A DNA stretch of 64,000 bases. It comes from an uncultured bacterium. GTDB taxonomy: Bacteria; Patescibacteriota; JACMRA01. Positions 43,138 to 53,218 of the stretch are shown here, in pieces (the first letter of the stretch is position 1; the number at the start of each line of letters is the position of its first letter). Below the pieces are notes generated by a model. The model was not told where the DNA came from and did no database searches. It saw nothing but the letters and a program-made list of their open reading frames with translations. Location: contig OY969926.1 in the NCBI GenBank assembly GCA_963704645.1, positions 1,184,001 through 1,248,000 on the forward strand, given 5' to 3'. The position numbers and the translations under genes were made by a program.

Positions 43138-44340
43138 CTATTTAACAACCTGGCAAAGTGCAAGAATATAGCTTAAGTCTGGATAGCAAGACATATGGGT
43201 TACGGCAAAACTAGACTCATTCATTTCACCAATAAAAGATTTTAATGTGTGGCTATAATGATTCCAAATTACTATTTCCTCATTTTCTTTGAAAGAGAGT
43301 ATTTTACTTCCCCATTCTAAATTAAATTCTAAATCAATATCCTTTAATAATTTCATTACTTGCAGTCTCCTACCAGAATTTTCATCATACTTACTTACTA
43401 TTTCGTACATGTCTGTTTTAAAACCTAAAAGCTGGGGTATCCAAAGTTTCAAGGATGTTATGTAGGGGTTATTAGCTGTAACAAAACTAGACCTCCATTC
43501 AGGTGTATCAAGGCCGTTGTCTAAAATTAAAATATCGTCTACACCCATACTATTTTTTAAATTTTTTAATACTTGCTGTCTGTTTGCTACATTACCGAGT
43601 GTAGAGCCAATAAATAAAAGAACATTACAAGAGTTGGAATTTTTTAACTTATTATTAAATAGTAAATCACGTATTAAAATTTGTTCAATATCTGCTACAA
43701 TATTATTTACTTCAATATTTGGATACCATTTTTCCATATTTTTAGTTAAAATATTTTGAATGTCCTTACTTAAATCTATACTTGTATAGTTTATTTTAGC
43801 TTGTGTTTGTAGAATATCTATTAGGGGTTTAATAGTGTACCCATTGCCAGGACCAATATCAATAATATTAACTTGTTCATAATCTTTAAGTCTAAAATCA
43901 AAATAGTTTAAGCTTGTTTCCAATAGCCTATTTGTTTCGTCCAAATGATAATCTTTATTATTAATCATTGACTTAACGTATTCATCCCACAATTTAGCTC
44001 CTCCATTTAAATAGGCAAATTTTAGTGGAATACTACCATTACTTTCTAGGCTGGTAATAAGCTCAATAATTTGACTTTCATTTAAAATATTTTTCAATGC
44101 TGGGCTTGTAGTTATCTTCTCGAAAGCAATCTTATTTCTATATTTTTCTGCATTAGTTTTTAGTTTAAGCAATTCAGCCTCATTATGCTGGTTATCAATT
44201 ATGAAGTATTTATTATTTATTTCGTGCAACAGCAAATTATTTTCTTTTTTTAGTGCAGCTTCGACCCATCTTGCAACAGTAGGGTGAGCAACTCCAAGTT
44301 GTTTAGAAATAGTGTAATTTCTTATTGTTTTGATATCCAT
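43138..44340 (-). CDS. N-terminal HTH fused to an EgtD-like (Methyltransf_33) SAM-dependent methyltransferase
   Basis: HTH ISKQLGVAHPTVARWV; EgtD-like PLKFAY..GAKLWD, IIDIGPGNG, YTSIDLS, LFIGSTLGN. Confidence 0.75.
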   Translation of the reverse strand: MDIKTIRNYTISKQLGVAHPTVARWVEAALKKENNLLLHEINNKYFIIDNQHNEAELLKLKTNAEKYRNKIAFEKITTSPALKNILNESQIIELITSLESNGSIPLKFAYLNGGAKLWDEYVKSMINNKDYHLDETNRLLETSLNYFDFRLKDYEQVNIIDIGPGNGYTIKPLIDILQTQAKINYTSIDLSKDIQNILTKNMEKWYPNIEVNNIVADIEQILIRDLLFNNKLKNSNSCNVLLFIGSTLGNVANRQQVLKNLKNSMGVDDILILDNGLDTPEWRSSFVTANNPYITSLKLWIPQLLGFKTDMYEIVSKYDENSGRRLQVMKLLKDIDLEFNLEWGSKILSFKENEEIVIWNHYSHTLKSFIGEMNESSFAVTHMSCYPDLSYILALCQVVK

Positions 44341-44432
44341 GGGGTAAAGTTGTTGTTTGGTGTTTATTATTTGACATGCTTACAAAAATATTGTACACAT
44401 TGGCCACACAATTTTTAAGTACAAATAATTAT

Positions 44433-44660
44433 ATGAATTTATTAAGTAATTTACCAGAAAGACATAATTTTGATATGGTTAATAAGGGTTTAAGTAAGGG
44501 TTTTGAACTACAACCTTTAGAGTCGGATAAATTCTATCAATTTATTTGTAACCTTTTAAAAGAAGTAGAACTTGCCTATTGCTTAGGACCTTGTCTTAGC
44601 CAAGACCAAATTAATTATCTAAAGCGTCAATTTAGGCAAAATGTCAATACATTAAAATAA
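44433..44660 (+). CDS. Small hypothetical protein (75 aa), first gene of the NTase operon
   Basis: ATG at 44433; the stop is 3 nt before the next start. Confidence 0.55.
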   Translation: MNLLSNLPERHNFDMVNKGLSKGFELQPLESDKFYQFICNLLKEVELAYCLGPCLSQDQINYLKRQFRQNVNTLK

Positions 44661-44663
44661 AAT

Positions 44664-45377
44664 ATGAGTAGTTCAGTTCAACGAGTTAAACTTTTGTGTG
44701 AAAATTTAGACATTAAAAGTAATATTATCTGCCTTCTTCATTATGGCTCTGTTAAACAAAGAGAGGATTTTACTAACACGTCAGATTTAGATTTTCATTT
44801 AGTTCTAAAAAATTTAAACAGCACAACTTTGGTACAAATAAAAGAAATATTTGGATTTAGTAATAAAATTGACTTAACATATCTGACATTAGATGAAGTT
44901 ATTTGTGGAGATCAAATTATATTTAATAATGGAAATCAGGGAATTTACTTTATGCACATACTTGCTTCTTCCGAAATTTTAGTTGGTGAAAATATATACA
45001 AAAAACTTATTTTGAAAGCAAATGAATCAAAGATTAATAGATCAATAATCGAAAAAGTTCGTTACTATATTTGGCTGTTGAGAAGAAACTTTGTATTTGA
45101 AAATGATATACTTATTCACAAAAAATATTTTGTAAGAATTTTAAAAGATATACTAATACTTCAAAAAATAATCAATTACGAAAATATTTCTAAGTTTAAT
45201 AATAGACAAATAATATCTCTATTTATAGAGAATAACCACTTAGAAGTAAATGAAATAGTACTTATTAATTCATTAATAAATTTAGAAAATGTGAAAAGTC
45301 CAAAAATTCCTGAAACTTTAACTTTATTTAAAAAATTCATTGATAACATTGTATGGAAGAACCTAGAAATAATTTAA
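44664..45377 (+). CDS. Pol-beta superfamily nucleotidyltransferase with helical C-terminal domain
   Basis: LLHYGSVKQREDFTNTSDLDFHLVL (hG[GS]..DhD) with a candidate third Asp in KIDLTY. Confidence 0.8.
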   Translation: MSSSVQRVKLLCENLDIKSNIICLLHYGSVKQREDFTNTSDLDFHLVLKNLNSTTLVQIKEIFGFSNKIDLTYLTLDEVICGDQIIFNNGNQGIYFMHILASSEILVGENIYKKLILKANESKINRSIIEKVRYYIWLLRRNFVFENDILIHKKYFVRILKDILILQKIINYENISKFNNRQIISLFIENNHLEVNEIVLINSLINLENVKSPKIPETLTLFKKFIDNIVWKNLEII

Positions 45378-46642
45378 ATATATCTATCTTAAACAGAATA
45401 AACACTATAAGTAATGAGGTGTTGGAGGGAAAAAGTTCCATATTAAATTCAGTAAATCAAATGAATGAACTAACAAGAAAATGTTTAATAGATCTTGGTT
45501 TAATTTTTTCTAAAAAGTTAAATTTAAATATTGAAGATTTGCCTTTTGCTCTTTGTATATTTGGATCGCCTTCAAGAAATTTAATGTTGCCCAATTCTGA
45601 TTTAGATATAGGAATAATTTATACAGAGAATTGCACTGAGGAAATAAAAGCAGAATTAGCAGAATATGTAAAAAGCCTGCCCTTTGACAAAGTAGATATA
45701 GCGTCTTGGAATAGTATTTCTTCAATGAGCTATAAAGGTTGTATTGATATGATTGAATACAATAAAGCAGTAGATGCTCAGTTTGTAACTGGTAATAAAT
45801 ATTTGAAAGAACAATATATTAATGAAATAAAGCTTAAAGATTCAATTGAGTCTAAATCTTCTAGATTCATTACCGAATATGGAATTCTGAGAGAATATGA
45901 TTACATAAAAAAAGGTGGTAATTTTGGCCCTAATTTAAAATATGATTTTGGGGCATCTAGGGATATTGTATTTTTTGATTGGTTTTACTGTTTATTTGAA
46001 AATCCTGAAGTAAATAAGAACAGTTCACCGTTATTCTTAAGAAGTTTGAAGCTATTAGTTAGAAATGAGGCTATTAATGCTACTAATTTTATTGAAATAA
46101 AACGAAGCATTGAATTAATTTTACTTGTTAAGTTTACTTTACTTTATAAATTTAGAAATAATAACAATATAATGCTTCTTAGCCTAAGTAGTTTCTCCCT
46201 GCAGGAATGTTTTAACTATAGTAATGATTCTTTTAAAAAAATAGGTATATATTCAGATGAAGATTTAATTAGCAGGTACTACAGATCTAAGCTAATCATC
46301 CATAATGCGATTGAATCACTTTACGAAATAGTGACAAGCATTAATCCTGATTTTATGAAAAAATGGAATAAACTGAAAGAAAGCCAAGATTTAATACTTC
46401 CTGCTGACTGGAGTTACAACATAGAATTATGGCAACATTTAGTCCCTCAAGCAATTCATTCTACAAATTCTAACCTGTTAAGTGAGATTGTTGATCTTAT
46501 TGCCAACGTTGACGGATTTGAATACATTCTTAGAATTATTAGTGAAAACAAATCTATAGATCAAAAGATTGTCAGCAGACTTATTAATTCTAAATTACCA
46601 GAAAAATATAAATCCAAACTACTAAGAACCTATGCAACTTAA
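45353..46642 (+). CDS. GlnD/GlnE/DUF294-like nucleotidyltransferase
   Basis: FALCIFGSPSRNLMLPNSDLDIGII plus NLKYDFGASRDI, resembling the GlnD/GlnE NhK...GGhRDI motif. Confidence 0.75.
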   Translation: MEEPRNNLNISILNRINTISNEVLEGKSSILNSVNQMNELTRKCLIDLGLIFSKKLNLNIEDLPFALCIFGSPSRNLMLPNSDLDIGIIYTENCTEEIKAELAEYVKSLPFDKVDIASWNSISSMSYKGCIDMIEYNKAVDAQFVTGNKYLKEQYINEIKLKDSIESKSSRFITEYGILREYDYIKKGGNFGPNLKYDFGASRDIVFFDWFYCLFENPEVNKNSSPLFLRSLKLLVRNEAINATNFIEIKRSIELILLVKFTLLYKFRNNNNIMLLSLSSFSLQECFNYSNDSFKKIGIYSDEDLISRYYRSKLIIHNAIESLYEIVTSINPDFMKKWNKLKESQDLILPADWSYNIELWQHLVPQAIHSTNSNLLSEIVDLIANVDGFEYILRIISENKSIDQKIVSRLINSKLPEKYKSKLLRTYAT

Positions 46643-47345
46643 ACTTCTAACTTTAAACTTATGGAGGTACTATGATTTTGAAAACAGAATTGATAAAATA
46701 ATTTCAGAAATTAATAGGCTACAGCCCGATATTATTTTTTTCCAAGAAGTGCATATTGATGAAACTGTTTCTTGCTTTTCTCAGGTTGAAATAATTAAAG
46801 AAAAATTAAATGCATATCAATATTCAATTCACAGTACAATATATCCAAAAAATAGCCAGAGAGGAGTTAATTTAGAACAAGCTGTTCAGCATGGAATGGC
46901 AGTTTTATGTAAACACCCCATAACTAATTCATTTGAATATTATTTAAAACAATCTGAAGATGAAAAGGAAATTAGATCCAATCTTTGTTTCGATATTATG
47001 TTAGATAACAAAATTATTAAACTGACTAACGTTCATTTTGGAAATAGAGAAAACTGGGCTAAAAAGCAATTTGAACAATTTGTTAATTACTTAAAAAATA
47101 GAAACGAATTAAGAATTATGGCAGGAGATTTTAATATGCACGCTTTAAATGACTATAAAAATTTATATCCAGAGTATTTATCTTCAATTGGTTTTAAAGA
47201 ATATATTTCCTTCCCGGAAAAAAACTGGTGCTTAGATTATTTTTTGATACCTAAAAATATGAAGTTTTTGGAAGTCGAAGCAATTAACAATTATTTGTCT
47301 GATCACAGAGGCGTTTTCGCTGTTGTGAAAGTTTTGTCCAACTAA
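46632..47345 (+). CDS. Endonuclease/exonuclease/phosphatase (EEP) family protein
   Basis: LTLNLW, PDIIFFQEV, TNVHF, IMAGDFN, LDYF and SDH catalytic motifs are all intact. Confidence 0.9.
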   Translation: MQLKLLTLNLWRYYDFENRIDKIISEINRLQPDIIFFQEVHIDETVSCFSQVEIIKEKLNAYQYSIHSTIYPKNSQRGVNLEQAVQHGMAVLCKHPITNSFEYYLKQSEDEKEIRSNLCFDIMLDNKIIKLTNVHFGNRENWAKKQFEQFVNYLKNRNELRIMAGDFNMHALNDYKNLYPEYLSSIGFKEYISFPEKNWCLDYFLIPKNMKFLEVEAINNYLSDHRGVFAVVKVLSN

Positions 47346-47441
47346 CTCCTAGTCTTCCTCCAGTAATACCAATTTCTACCAACTAAAAATATTGCCTTGC
47401 TAAAATTTACAACCTGCGTCAGAAATAATTAATACTAATTT

Positions 47442-48413
47442 ATGTCTAACCGTAACCGTAAAATTTTGAAAATTGCTGGACTGGTTTTAGCTGGTGTTTT
47501 GGCATTTTGCCTTTTAACAATTGGTTCATTCTATTTGTTTATACCAAGTCGTTTTACCAACCCAAAACCAGATCACTACCATTTTAGATTACAATATGTA
47601 TTCCGCGGACAAGCTGAAAATTTTGGCGCACCACGCTACCAAGTAGATTATATAAAAGATGTTTGCACTGGCGGTTTAACAGAATCTCCCATTCACTTCC
47701 ACGATAATATAGATCAAATAGTTCACTTGCACTGGCAAGGTATAACTGGAGGTGATGTATTAAAGTTTTACGGAGTAAACAAAGTTGGAGGGCTAGACGG
47801 TTATATGGGGCTTAAGCTAGATAAACTATTCCAGTTTCCACCTACAATAACAACTGTGCCAATTCACAGTCAGTCTTTACCTAAAGCTTCTGGGGAAGAC
47901 AAATATTTTGTTTACACAGGCGACAAAGACAAATTTGAAAAGAAAGATTTTGACCAATTTTTAAATCAAACTTTGGAGGATTTTTTGGATAAAGATAGCA
48001 TACTAAGGCTACAACGTGAAGAATTGGAAAAGGAAGAAAAAAAGTCTAGCTATATTCCTAACCCTTTTGCCTCTGTTAATGCTTTAGCCCACGAAGGTGA
48101 AGAACATGCTACAGTTACTGAAGCCGAACAGCATGAAATAGATGTTAGAAAAACTGAACTGGAGAAAAAAGCAATTGAAGAAAGAAACAATATAGCCAAG
48201 ACCAGCAGTCTAGACAGCACGGTTATAAAAGTTGCAACGGCAGATAAAACTGAGGGTGATGCCACTACAAAAACTGAGGAGGAGCTAAAAGAAATTAACA
48301 ATTTAATAGGAAATATAGTTATATTCGTACAACCAGACGAACCTACTAATGAACAAGTACAAGCCAGATTCAACAACCTTCAGCCACTTGGTTTAAGCGT
48401 TTGTGGAGGGTAG
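47442..48413 (+). CDS. Membrane-anchored His-rich hypothetical protein, possibly metal-binding
   Basis: N-terminal TM; DHYHFR, PIHFHD, VHLHW; ends VCGG. Confidence 0.75.
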   Translation: MSNRNRKILKIAGLVLAGVLAFCLLTIGSFYLFIPSRFTNPKPDHYHFRLQYVFRGQAENFGAPRYQVDYIKDVCTGGLTESPIHFHDNIDQIVHLHWQGITGGDVLKFYGVNKVGGLDGYMGLKLDKLFQFPPTITTVPIHSQSLPKASGEDKYFVYTGDKDKFEKKDFDQFLNQTLEDFLDKDSILRLQREELEKEEKKSSYIPNPFASVNALAHEGEEHATVTEAEQHEIDVRKTELEKKAIEERNNIAKTSSLDSTVIKVATADKTEGDATTKTEEELKEINNLIGNIVIFVQPDEPTNEQVQARFNNLQPLGLSVCGG

Positions 48414-48507
48414 TTAGTAGAAATATTATTAGTAAGTTTTTTAGATTGCTATACTGGCCAAATAGCATTTTGCATGGTACAATGCTAATATAACTAATTA
48501 TCAATTA

Positions 48508-49500
48508 ATGTCCGAAACTCGTACCATCACATTCATTCCAGCAGGCGCAAGCAGCAATATAGTCTCTGCAAAAATTCCAGATGGACAAAGAAAGCCTGAA
48601 AGAAAAGGTTTGGGAGTAAAAGAAAAAGATGGACGAGAACCAATGTCACTAGGTGAGCTGGTAAGCACTAAATCAATTTCTAACATACTTAAAATAAATG
48701 GCTCCAAGGATGTAGATGAAGATTTAATTGATAATATTGATACTTTAGGTGAAGACAGAAGCTCTCCTAAATATTTTTATGAAATGCAAGTAAAAGAAAG
48801 TGTTAAAGCTTTAAGAATGTGCCTTCAAAGAAATAATGAGTATGCTATAAAAAAGCAGCAAATAAAGACTGATTTCAACGATAAACTTAAAAGTGTAAAA
48901 TCCCACATTAGTAACATAAAGGTTGAAGAAATTGCTCGTGAAGCTTATAATTTAAGATGTGAAAGCTTAGATTTACCAAGATCACAAGATATACAAGGAG
49001 AAGATTTATACATCCAGCCAGAAATTCAAGCTAGAATAATTATGGTTCAAAAAGCTTTGCGTGAACTTAAAGATGTAAATGAGACTAGGCCAATTATGAA
49101 TTATGAGACTGGCATATCTGAAATTGCAGTGAAAATTTGGGATTATTGCCGAACAGGAGAAACATTAGATCCTGATAAATTCATTAACAATTTAATTTCC
49201 GAGCTTCCTCTATCTACAACCCGACAGGTAAACACTTTTTGCTTTGCTTTGGCATCGGCTAGAATTAATGGAATATCGGAACAAGAAAAATATTTTGTTG
49301 ATGCCTGTATAGATATTTTGTCTAGAAAAGTCTTTTCAAACGAAGAAATTCAATTAGCAATTACGACCAATATAGATAAAATTAAAGAATATATTTCAGG
49401 GTTGGAATCGTCAAAAAATGAAACAAGACTGCGATACTTGGAAGACGCTGAGCTTATAGTTAGGAATAGAACTGGCAATAAAACTTTTAAATTTAGCTAA
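48508..49500 (+). CDS. Hypothetical helical protein
   Basis: 330-aa ATG ORF with no recognised motif. Confidence 0.7.
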   Translation: MSETRTITFIPAGASSNIVSAKIPDGQRKPERKGLGVKEKDGREPMSLGELVSTKSISNILKINGSKDVDEDLIDNIDTLGEDRSSPKYFYEMQVKESVKALRMCLQRNNEYAIKKQQIKTDFNDKLKSVKSHISNIKVEEIAREAYNLRCESLDLPRSQDIQGEDLYIQPEIQARIIMVQKALRELKDVNETRPIMNYETGISEIAVKIWDYCRTGETLDPDKFINNLISELPLSTTRQVNTFCFALASARINGISEQEKYFVDACIDILSRKVFSNEEIQLAITTNIDKIKEYISGLESSKNETRLRYLEDAELIVRNRTGNKTFKFS

Positions 49501-49560
49501 TTGTTTTACCTAAACATTTATTAGTTTAATAAGTCTTAACGCTAATTCAAAAAATAGTAT

Positions 49561-51333
49561 TTACTCAACTCTACCAACCTGCCCAGTATACCTAACTAAC
49601 TTAGGAATCCAGATTGTGCCAATAATAGCAATATAAACAACTAAAATTAAAATGTTTAGCCAGGTGGTTAAAATAAATAAATTTATTAGGGCAATTAAGG
49701 TTCCTATAAATAAAATTCCTGGTGATAATTTTGCAAAAATAAGTTTAATAACAAACCATACTTGAGCCATAATTTGAATATATTTGTTGTCTATTTCTGG
49801 TCTTAGTGTTTGACCTAAAAATACTGCAGGTCTAGTTTCTGGCATTATTACATTTTCATTATAACTTTTTCCATTATCTACAAAATGAATTTCGTAAGAA
49901 CCAGGTTCAACTTTAAATATATATTCACCATCATTTTCTGAATAATATTCAGCTTCTTTTAATAAACTAACTAAATCAAATAATTCCACTTTTGCACCTG
50001 CTACAGCCTTACCATTTGAATTTAAAGCATAGCCTCTAATTTCTCGTTTTTTATCTGATAGAAGAAGGTTCAGAATAGCCAAAGATAGTACGAACAAACT
50101 TAGGAAAGAAAAATACTGCAAAGCTTTAAGCGAGGCTTCTAAACTTTTAATTGCATTTAAATTTCCAAAAACAGGTTTAGATAAAAAATCATTTAGAAAA
50201 GAACTTTCCCAGGGTGTAGCCGATAGTAAACTGTTGGCAGATTTTTCTTCTTCAAATTCAGCCCTAAGCTGACTCATTTCTTCTGGAGAATATCCACCTG
50301 TTCTAATGGTTGAACCTCCTGTTGAAGGTAGCACATTTCCACCATTACTTCCGCTACCTCCAATACCACTCCCCCCTACTCCTGTAGCACCATTTGGATT
50401 TAAAAAGGCTGGGCAAATAATTTGCTGGGCAATAGTTGGAGGAATATTAAAAACAATCTGATTATTTGAAGCATTATTTACTAGATCTTGAGTAATTACT
50501 CTTACCGTACTTGCTGCATCGGTTGGAATTGTATTCCTTGGGGTTATAACAAAAGTATAATTTAAATTTGAACCAGTGTAACTAACAGCAGAATCTGAGG
50601 CTAAATATTCATCGTTGTTAATATAGAATTTTGTTTTGCTTAAATCTACACCTGCTTGATTATCTGTAATTTGAATAGTTACTTTAGAATTTGCAGCCAC
50701 TCCGGTATCGTAAGCTTTTGGGGTTTGGTTAATAATTTTAGGCGGCTCTTTGTCTGCTTGGCAAAAATCGGTTTTAAATGTGTAGCTTCCATTTCCAACA
50801 GAACTTAGTAAATCGTCACTTGTGGAAGAATCGGCTATATTACTGTCTAAAGTAGCCCCTACTCCGCTAAACTTAATTTGAAAACTGGTTGAAGTAACTC
50901 CAGGTTTACTTTGAAATTCAATGGTAGCAAAAGTTTTTCTGGAAGTTAAATTTCCCACAAAAGAGGCACCAGCTAAACGAATGCGGCTTAAACTAGAATT
51001 TACATCGTTTCCAAAATAAGTTTCGTAGGCATTCCCAGCTTTAATTTGTATTCCAGGAATAGATGAATCTGAGTCTAAAATATCTATTTCATTAGGGTTA
51101 TATTGCACTTCAATATCTGCGGCGTTTGAAGTTTGGCCTGTAGCATTTGCGTCAATATTTAACCCTGTCTTACAACCTGCTAATAATTGTCCAGAAGTTG
51201 GATTAAAATCAAAACTTGCAGCACTAACAAACAAGCTTGAACAACTAAGAATTCCTAGAAATAGACCAGAAACAGCCAAACCTATGGACGCAGCTTTAGG
51301 CCTTAAGATTTGAATGTTTTTTAAAATGGTCAT
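49561..51333 (-). CDS. Cohesin-domain membrane protein (cohesin, Ig-like, TM, carboxypeptidase-regulatory-like, 2 TM)
   Basis: Signal peptide; cohesin-like NAADIEVQYNPNEI..RIRLAG..TFATIEF..SFQIKF..DSNI; VAGAKVELFD..DGEYIF.VEPGSY; hydrophobic segments. Confidence 0.7.
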   Translation of the reverse strand: MTILKNIQILRPKAASIGLAVSGLFLGILSCSSLFVSAASFDFNPTSGQLLAGCKTGLNIDANATGQTSNAADIEVQYNPNEIDILDSDSSIPGIQIKAGNAYETYFGNDVNSSLSRIRLAGASFVGNLTSRKTFATIEFQSKPGVTSTSFQIKFSGVGATLDSNIADSSTSDDLLSSVGNGSYTFKTDFCQADKEPPKIINQTPKAYDTGVAANSKVTIQITDNQAGVDLSKTKFYINNDEYLASDSAVSYTGSNLNYTFVITPRNTIPTDAASTVRVITQDLVNNASNNQIVFNIPPTIAQQIICPAFLNPNGATGVGGSGIGGSGSNGGNVLPSTGGSTIRTGGYSPEEMSQLRAEFEEEKSANSLLSATPWESSFLNDFLSKPVFGNLNAIKSLEASLKALQYFSFLSLFVLSLAILNLLLSDKKREIRGYALNSNGKAVAGAKVELFDLVSLLKEAEYYSENDGEYIFKVEPGSYEIHFVDNGKSYNENVIMPETRPAVFLGQTLRPEIDNKYIQIMAQVWFVIKLIFAKLSPGILFIGTLIALINLFILTTWLNILILVVYIAIIGTIWIPKLVRYTGQVGRVE

Positions 51334-51386
51334 TTTGTTTTTGTTTTTGTTTGTTTAAAGTTTAGTATGTTTTGTGAATCCTTAAA

Positions 51387-52010
51387 CTAATCTCCAGTTC
51401 TATAAAAATTATAAACAGTGTTAGAAAAATCTAGAGAATTTACTTTGCCGTCACGGTTTAAATCATTTTTTTCGTCGTCAGTTTTATAAAAAGCTCTAAC
51501 TTGAGTGGAAGCGTCTAAAGAATTAATTTTATTATCAAAAATATTACTAGTTTCACCCGCTAATAAAACTCTTCCACCGGTAGTTAAATCGGACACTGTA
51601 TTTTCACTATCAAAAGCCTGCTGTAAAGGAAAACTTTTGCGTAAATGCGAAAGCCCTCGAACGTAAAAATTATAAATTCCTGGTTCTAAAATTATATTGT
51701 TAGCACAAGCATTAAAAGTAACATCACCAGCAGAATTGCTTCTAGCTTGCATAGTACCTTGAAATTGATTGAGTATATTGTAAATTTCCACAGTTACTAA
51801 AGTTCCCGAATTGCCAGTACGTGGAATTCTTTTTTCTGGATAAACTTTTAAATTTAGCAAACACACCCTTGGAGCTTTAATTTCTAAAGTTATTGTGGTT
51901 TGACTTGTTCCCTGAGCTAAAGTGGATACAGCAGATACGGGCAAGAAAATAACGCCTAATAACAAAAAGGCTAAAACTTTGATGGGTAATTTTAAATAAC
52001 TGCTTTGCAT
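51387..52010 (-). CDS. Secreted protein with C-terminal dockerin type I-like domain
   Basis: Signal peptide; duplicated motifs AGETSNIFDNKINSLD and DLNRDGKVNSLDF. Confidence 0.75.
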   Translation of the reverse strand: MQSSYLKLPIKVLAFLLLGVIFLPVSAVSTLAQGTSQTTITLEIKAPRVCLLNLKVYPEKRIPRTGNSGTLVTVEIYNILNQFQGTMQARSNSAGDVTFNACANNIILEPGIYNFYVRGLSHLRKSFPLQQAFDSENTVSDLTTGGRVLLAGETSNIFDNKINSLDASTQVRAFYKTDDEKNDLNRDGKVNSLDFSNTVYNFYRTGD

Positions 52011-52068
52011 AAATGAACGTACAAAAAGTTATGCTGTACATAGTGTATTTTATATTCACTTTTTGGGC

Positions 52069-52094
52069 AAAAAGAAAGCCCCAATTTAGGGGGT
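52069..52094 (-). terminator. Putative intrinsic terminator after the 52109-52426 gene
   Basis: Minus strand: CCCC-taaatt-GGGG followed by CTTTCTTTTT. Confidence 0.5.
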
Positions 52095-52108
52095 AAGTGT
52101 AAATAAAA

Positions 52109-52426
52109 TTACACGCCTGTAATAGTACCACTGATTACTATCATTTCTTCAAAACCAAACTCTACAAGCTTGCCTAGTAAAATATATGGGTTAGCATCTA
52201 GTTTTATTTTAATTAGAATTAGTTTATGATCGCCTGAATTGCTAAGTGATGTATAAATGTCCTCTAGAGTGCGATTATTACTATCTATATCCATTACAAA
52301 AATGTCAGATTCCTGAATGAAAGTACCCATTGTTCTGCACATTTCTCTTATTTTTTTAATATATAAATTAGAGATATAATAGTATAAACCATCCCGAGCC
52401 TGTATAAGAATAAAGTGTTTTGACAT
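52109..52426 (-). CDS. Hypothetical protein
   Basis: 105-aa ATG ORF followed by a terminator-like hairpin. Confidence 0.55.
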   Translation of the reverse strand: MSKHFILIQARDGLYYYISNLYIKKIREMCRTMGTFIQESDIFVMDIDSNNRTLEDIYTSLSNSGDHKLILIKIKLDANPYILLGKLVEFGFEEMIVISGTITGV

Positions 52427-52704
52427 TAAAAACTTTGCACCAAATTGCTTACTTTATGTGTTTAATCATAATTGCTATATTTTAATCAAGTCTGGACGAT
52501 ACTTTGGAGTAATTAAACAAAACTAAGTCTTCATGATTTTAACTTTAACCGATTATTATTTGATATAATAATTTATATTTGTAACCCAAGTCGAATTAGA
52601 ATTTTTTTTAAACTCATATGAAAATTTTGGAAAATAAAACCCCAATTAAAAAATTGAGGATAATTGTGGTCTGATCAAGATTATTTCATTTTAAAAAATT
52701 AATC

Positions 52705-53091
52705 TTATGAGCAAACTTCAACGAAGTTATTTCCACGAAAGAAATCTCTGATTAGTCTTAAAGCCGAACCTACATCTTTACCACTTTTACCACCATCTTT
52801 TTCTGTATAATAGATACTGACTATACATACAGTACATGGTAAATTACCAGCATCCTGATCGGAAACGTTTAGTCGTTTAGATGCTTCATGTGTGTGAGGA
52901 TGGTTGCTCTTAAGACAACCAGGTGCGTGGTCAGGATAGACACTGCTAAAAGGCAGGGAAGCACAGAATTTAGCAACTATTGGCATTCCAAAAAATGGAA
53001 ATAGGTAGCTTGTTTGTTTGTCTGACCAGACTTTGACAAATGGAACCACATATTCAGCATTTAAGTTAGATGTAATTGATAAAGCCGACAT
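52705..53091 (-). CDS. Hypothetical protein (Cys/His-containing)
   Basis: ORF with ATG at 53091 (the ORF track extends it to 53109). Confidence 0.45.
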   Translation of the reverse strand: MSALSITSNLNAEYVVPFVKVWSDKQTSYLFPFFGMPIVAKFCASLPFSSVYPDHAPGCLKSNHPHTHEASKRLNVSDQDAGNLPCTVCIVSIYYTEKDGGKSGKDVGSALRLIRDFFRGNNFVEVCS

Positions 53092-53218
53092 TAAGATGTA
53101 CCATTTCAATAGTTTAGTAGATTAAAACTATCGTCTGAGACGCTGATTAAATATTTATTTGTAGGCAAGTCAAAAAACTATCGACAGGATTTTGTACGTA
53201 AACACTTGTAAATTTAAA

